DNA of 64,000 bases from Endomicrobiales bacterium. Lineage in GTDB: Bacteria > Elusimicrobiota > Endomicrobiia > Endomicrobiales > JALOBY01. Location of the stretch: positions 37,903-101,902 of the forward strand of contig CAWCNJ010000009.1 in the NCBI GenBank assembly GCA_963796955.1, written 5' to 3'. Made by a program: the position numbers and the translations under genes. The notes under the pieces were generated by a model. That model saw only the letters and a list, made by a program, of their open reading frames with translations, was not told the origin of the DNA and made no database searches. Numbering within the stretch: the first letter of the stretch is position 1; every line of letters begins with the position of its first letter. Of this stretch, positions 60,701 through 64,000 are shown piece by piece.

Positions 60701-63500
60701 TAGTTATCTCGGGAAATATGCCGGCAAGCGCGCAGGCGATAGATTCCAAGGAATTGAAACGCCGGGCCTATATAGGCATCGCCAGACCCGATGCCGCCGC
60801 CGTGGCTGCCAACCCGTACGGTGTAGCGGGCTGCATCGCTGTCTCTTTAGCCCATGAGGCCAGGCATATAATAAATGGTCCCAAACGCGATTCGGGCGGT
60901 ATGAGTATCGCTGAGGATGAAGCGGACGCTTTAATAAATGGAACAGCAGCGGCCATGGCGGCGCTTGGCTTCGACCAGATGAGCATTAACAGTGTAAAAT
61001 ATTTTGCCGACCGGTTGCTTGCCGATCCCGATCTTGACAATGCAGTATTCATGGTGGGCGGTGAACTTTCGGATGACGCAAAAACAAATGCGTTGCAGCC
61101 TTTTGGGCTGGCTGTGGGCTTCATAAGCTCAAAGCTGAACGTTCCGGTAACCAGCCTGGTCTACGCAACAAGCGTCAAGAGGATGGCCCCCAATGGCAGC
61201 TCCGCGATGGATTTCACCTTCAACGAAGGCCAGGCTAATGGGGCTCAGGTGAACATTACGGTGAACTCTGATAATTCTGTTATATTCCAGGGCACAACCT
61301 TCCCTGCCGCTGATGCAGAACCGCTTGGGCTTATGCCTAAAACGAAATTGAGCAGGCAGTACAACGTGCTGCAGAACGTCGCAGCCGCGGCTGTTGCGGC
61401 CGCAGTGGGTATCGCAGGAATCGGTCTGTTAAGCTTCGGCATCCTTTTCGGTATAGCACCGGCGTTAGCCGGTATAGCAGCCGTCATAGCTTTAACGGTC
61501 CAGGTAAGGACCGCCAAAGCGGCGAAGAAAGCGGTCAGGAAAGATTACAAAACCATACCTGAGACTATAAAAGATGTGCCGGCGATTTCTCTGCCGGAGA
61601 ATTTTGCGTTGCTTGGAAGAGCGGCCCAGGAAAGCTTTGTATTAAGCAAACTGCCAAAGCTGCGCGGTAATGCAGCTGCCATCGACCGTGCAATACAGTT
61701 GTTCGCCGGTCTTTCCGCCAACGGCGCAAAAACAATTATTCTTACCAACACCCTTGGCGAAAATACCCACGCCAATACCGACCCCACAACCAAAACAGTA
61801 CAGGTCGCCAGCTGGATGATAGACGGCAACACCACTCCGGAATTCGACGCCCTAATGGCCGAACACCTGCCCATGATAATAAGCCACGAGGGTCTACGAC
61901 TGCAAGGTTACGGTACTCTGCAACATATTTTAGAGATGTAGTTACAAGGTTCTTTCCAGATTCCACACGATCTCCGAAATTTGATAACTTGAAAATATCC
62001 TCTAAACCTGACAACATGAAGGAGTCCGTGCCGGCCTCGTCACCTGGGCAAAAGGTTGAGAATCAGGCGTATATTGATCTTTTGCAATCATATTCAAAGG
62101 ACAATCTGCTTGATCCTCAACAAATGGCACAAAATGTACAGGCATTTATACAGAAAATTGGAGCAACTGTTCAGGTTCATAACGACTCAGAATGGGATGC
62201 CCAGCATCAACTGAGCGTTAACGGTTTACCTCCAGCAGAAGGGTATGCTGATATGGAGAATAAGATCATCCATCGTCGGCAAACTTTAGTTAATCCAGAG
62301 CAGCTGGCAGAATTGTTAGGACATGAAGCCGGTCATATCGCGGATTATTCCATGCATATTACTGCTAAACTGCGCATGGGTGAATATGACGCGATACAAC
62401 AGATCGTCGGCGGCGCTTTCAAAACAGATCCGCAAAATGTCAAAGTTGAAAATTTCAGAAATCACTCAGGAGGGGATCGTATTGGAGATTTCAGCGGGAT
62501 TCTTCCAGAAGCTGTCGCGCAATCAGTTGGAATGTACATTATGAACCCTAAGGAGTACGCCAGAAAATACCCAGCCGCTGCCCGTTTCCTTGTTTCGTGT
62601 CTTTTCCCAGAAGAGAGCAGGAACGGTTCACTATTCGATGTTAATTCCGATAACCTAGAAAGTCAGATCAAAAAAATATCAGCAATTGCAAGAGTAAGGA
62701 TCTTTATCAGAGATGTAATTGCAAGGCTCTTCCCGGCTTCGACAACAGCCGAAAAATTACAAGCTACTCCTGTCCCCGTTAGTGCTCCCTCAGGCGAAAT
62801 AAAATTGGACGGCTCTTTGACAAGAACAGAACTTACTGAGGTGTTGGATCCAATACCTGCGGTGGCTCGCGCGGTTCAAAATATTGTCGCCAACACCTGG
62901 GCGAGTGAGAACCTTGAGGAATTCGCGGGCAGCGGTGTGGTTCTTGCCGCATCTACGCCTGAAGGGTATGCAAAAATGCATGAGAAGGCGCAGGCGATGG
63001 CCCGTATGGGGGTGTTGGTGACACTGGTGGCACTGCCAGGAGCAAATGTTGCATTGGAAGCGGGGGCGGCAACACAAACGTTGTATGCGGGCAGCAGAGG
63101 TATAGCCGATGACGGGACGGCGCGGTATGTTGGCATGGAGATCATTTCTTCCGTTGAGAAAGTGGAGCATGGGAAGGATATTCAAATATTGCTGGCGCCC
63201 TCTGAGCAGGTGCTTAATGTGCTGGTGGAAGAGACCCGCGATGGGGGAATTCTTAAAGAAGCTTTCGGCGGTCATGAGAGGTTCGGGTTGCTGGGTGAAG
63301 GCTCATTGGGGATGGGTGCTGTAAAGGGCGCTGCGAATGATGCACTTACCGCCCGGGTTTGGAATGACGGTATTGATGCGGCAACTGAGCTTATCGAGAT
63401 GGTTAAGGGCGCCAGAGAGGTTCGCTCGGCGATGCAAAGCCGGCTGGCCGACCAGGCGCGCAATAGAAAGCAGCCCGTGGTCATGGGCAGGGAGATCGCC
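51790..63500 (+). CDS. Giant modular protein (FHA, transglutaminase-like, 2 protein kinases, multiple HExxH domains); split by apparent indels at ~59510, ~60390, ~61920; 3' end lost at a sequence junction
   Basis: ORFs 51790-59616, 59561-60643, 60376-61941 and 61989-63578 join through overlapping open frames; internal repeats run across the 59510 and 61920 breaks. Confidence 0.8.
52732..52763 (+). repeat. Short REP-like palindrome inserted in frame in the giant gene
   Basis: CCCTCC-TGC-GCC-AA-GGC-TCC-GGCGGG-CAAG hairpin translating as LLRQGSGGQA. Confidence 0.55.
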
Positions 63501-63642
63501 CTCTCTCCGCTGAGCGTCGGGATGCGCGTGCACGAACAACAGCCGCCTGCTCGTCCGCCGCATCATGAGGGGGAGTAGCCGAGCTCATGGTGACGAGCCT
63601 ACCGGCGGATCCAGGATCGGCCGGAACTGGCAAAATGCTGAT

Positions 63643-64000
63643 ATGACCGACAGTTTTCCCCGCCAGGAGCCAGGACCAGACGGTTCACGCTGGGGATGCC
63701 GCGAGCGTTCCGCATCTCCCCCGACCGCGCCCGGGTCGCCTATCCGCACCCAGGGCGGCGGCGACCCGGTGACCTGCCTGTGGGGGCTGGACGTGGCGGC
63801 GGGATCGAACGGCTGGTCGTCGACCCAAGAACACTGGGCGGCGAGTCCGGGGACCTGCCGCCGCAGGGGCGGGCCCGCCGGGAACGGGTCAGGGAGCAGG
63901 CCGGTGGCATCGTCACCTACGCGACCGACGCGGACGTGACGGTGGCCGTCTTCGCGCTATCGGGGCGCGTCTACGCGGTCAGCCTGACCGGCCAGGAGTG
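63643..64000 (+). CDS. S9-family (dipeptidyl-peptidase IV-like) peptidase N-terminus, actinobacterial type; partial and indel-ridden
   Basis: MTDSFPRQ..RTRRFTLG, GGGDPVTCLW.LDV, RRERVREQAGGIVTYATD...VFALSGR read across frames; very GC-rich. Confidence 0.65.

Noticed and set aside
285..63939. Numerous antisense and alternate-frame ORFs in the track
   Set aside because: Shadow ORFs of well-supported genes with no recognisable motifs.

Overview
Bacterial (diderm) chromosomal window, about 50% GC by eye; gene content and the giant-protein family suggest Elusimicrobiota or a related lineage (inference only). Left part (1-12.3 kb) is accessory: AMMECR1-family gene, CDF transporter, fatty-acid hydroxylase/sterol-desaturase-family gene, a six-gene two-component cluster, two small Cys-rich proteins, a B12-dependent radical SAM gene overlapping a type III PKS gene, a PilZ protein, and an AT-rich DUF3800 gene facing a convergent promoter plus a structured ncRNA candidate. 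Middle (12.3-51.7 kb) is mostly housekeeping: rsmD, argBDGH, TolC/patatin/TPR, a CHASE2 Ser/Thr kinase-PP2C-FHA operon, lysA-dapF-dapA-[nucleotidyltransferase pair + REP/RAYT remnant]-dapB-dapL, folK-panBC, nadB, a kinase plus triple-REC diguanylate cyclase, uvrA, pal-cpoB-tolA-tolB, an apparently exported tandem SpoVG protein and two GGDEF genes. Right part (51.8-63.5 kb) is one giant modular gene (about 3,900 aa or more, split by three apparent indels) carrying FHA, transglutaminase-like, two protein-kinase and several HExxH domains between repeated scaffold modules. The last ~500 bp switch to GC-rich actinobacterial-type sequence, probably a chimeric join. Many single-base frameshifts in conserved genes point to uncorrected sequencing errors. 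No tRNA, rRNA or CRISPR array was seen. All family assignments come from motif recognition, not database searches.
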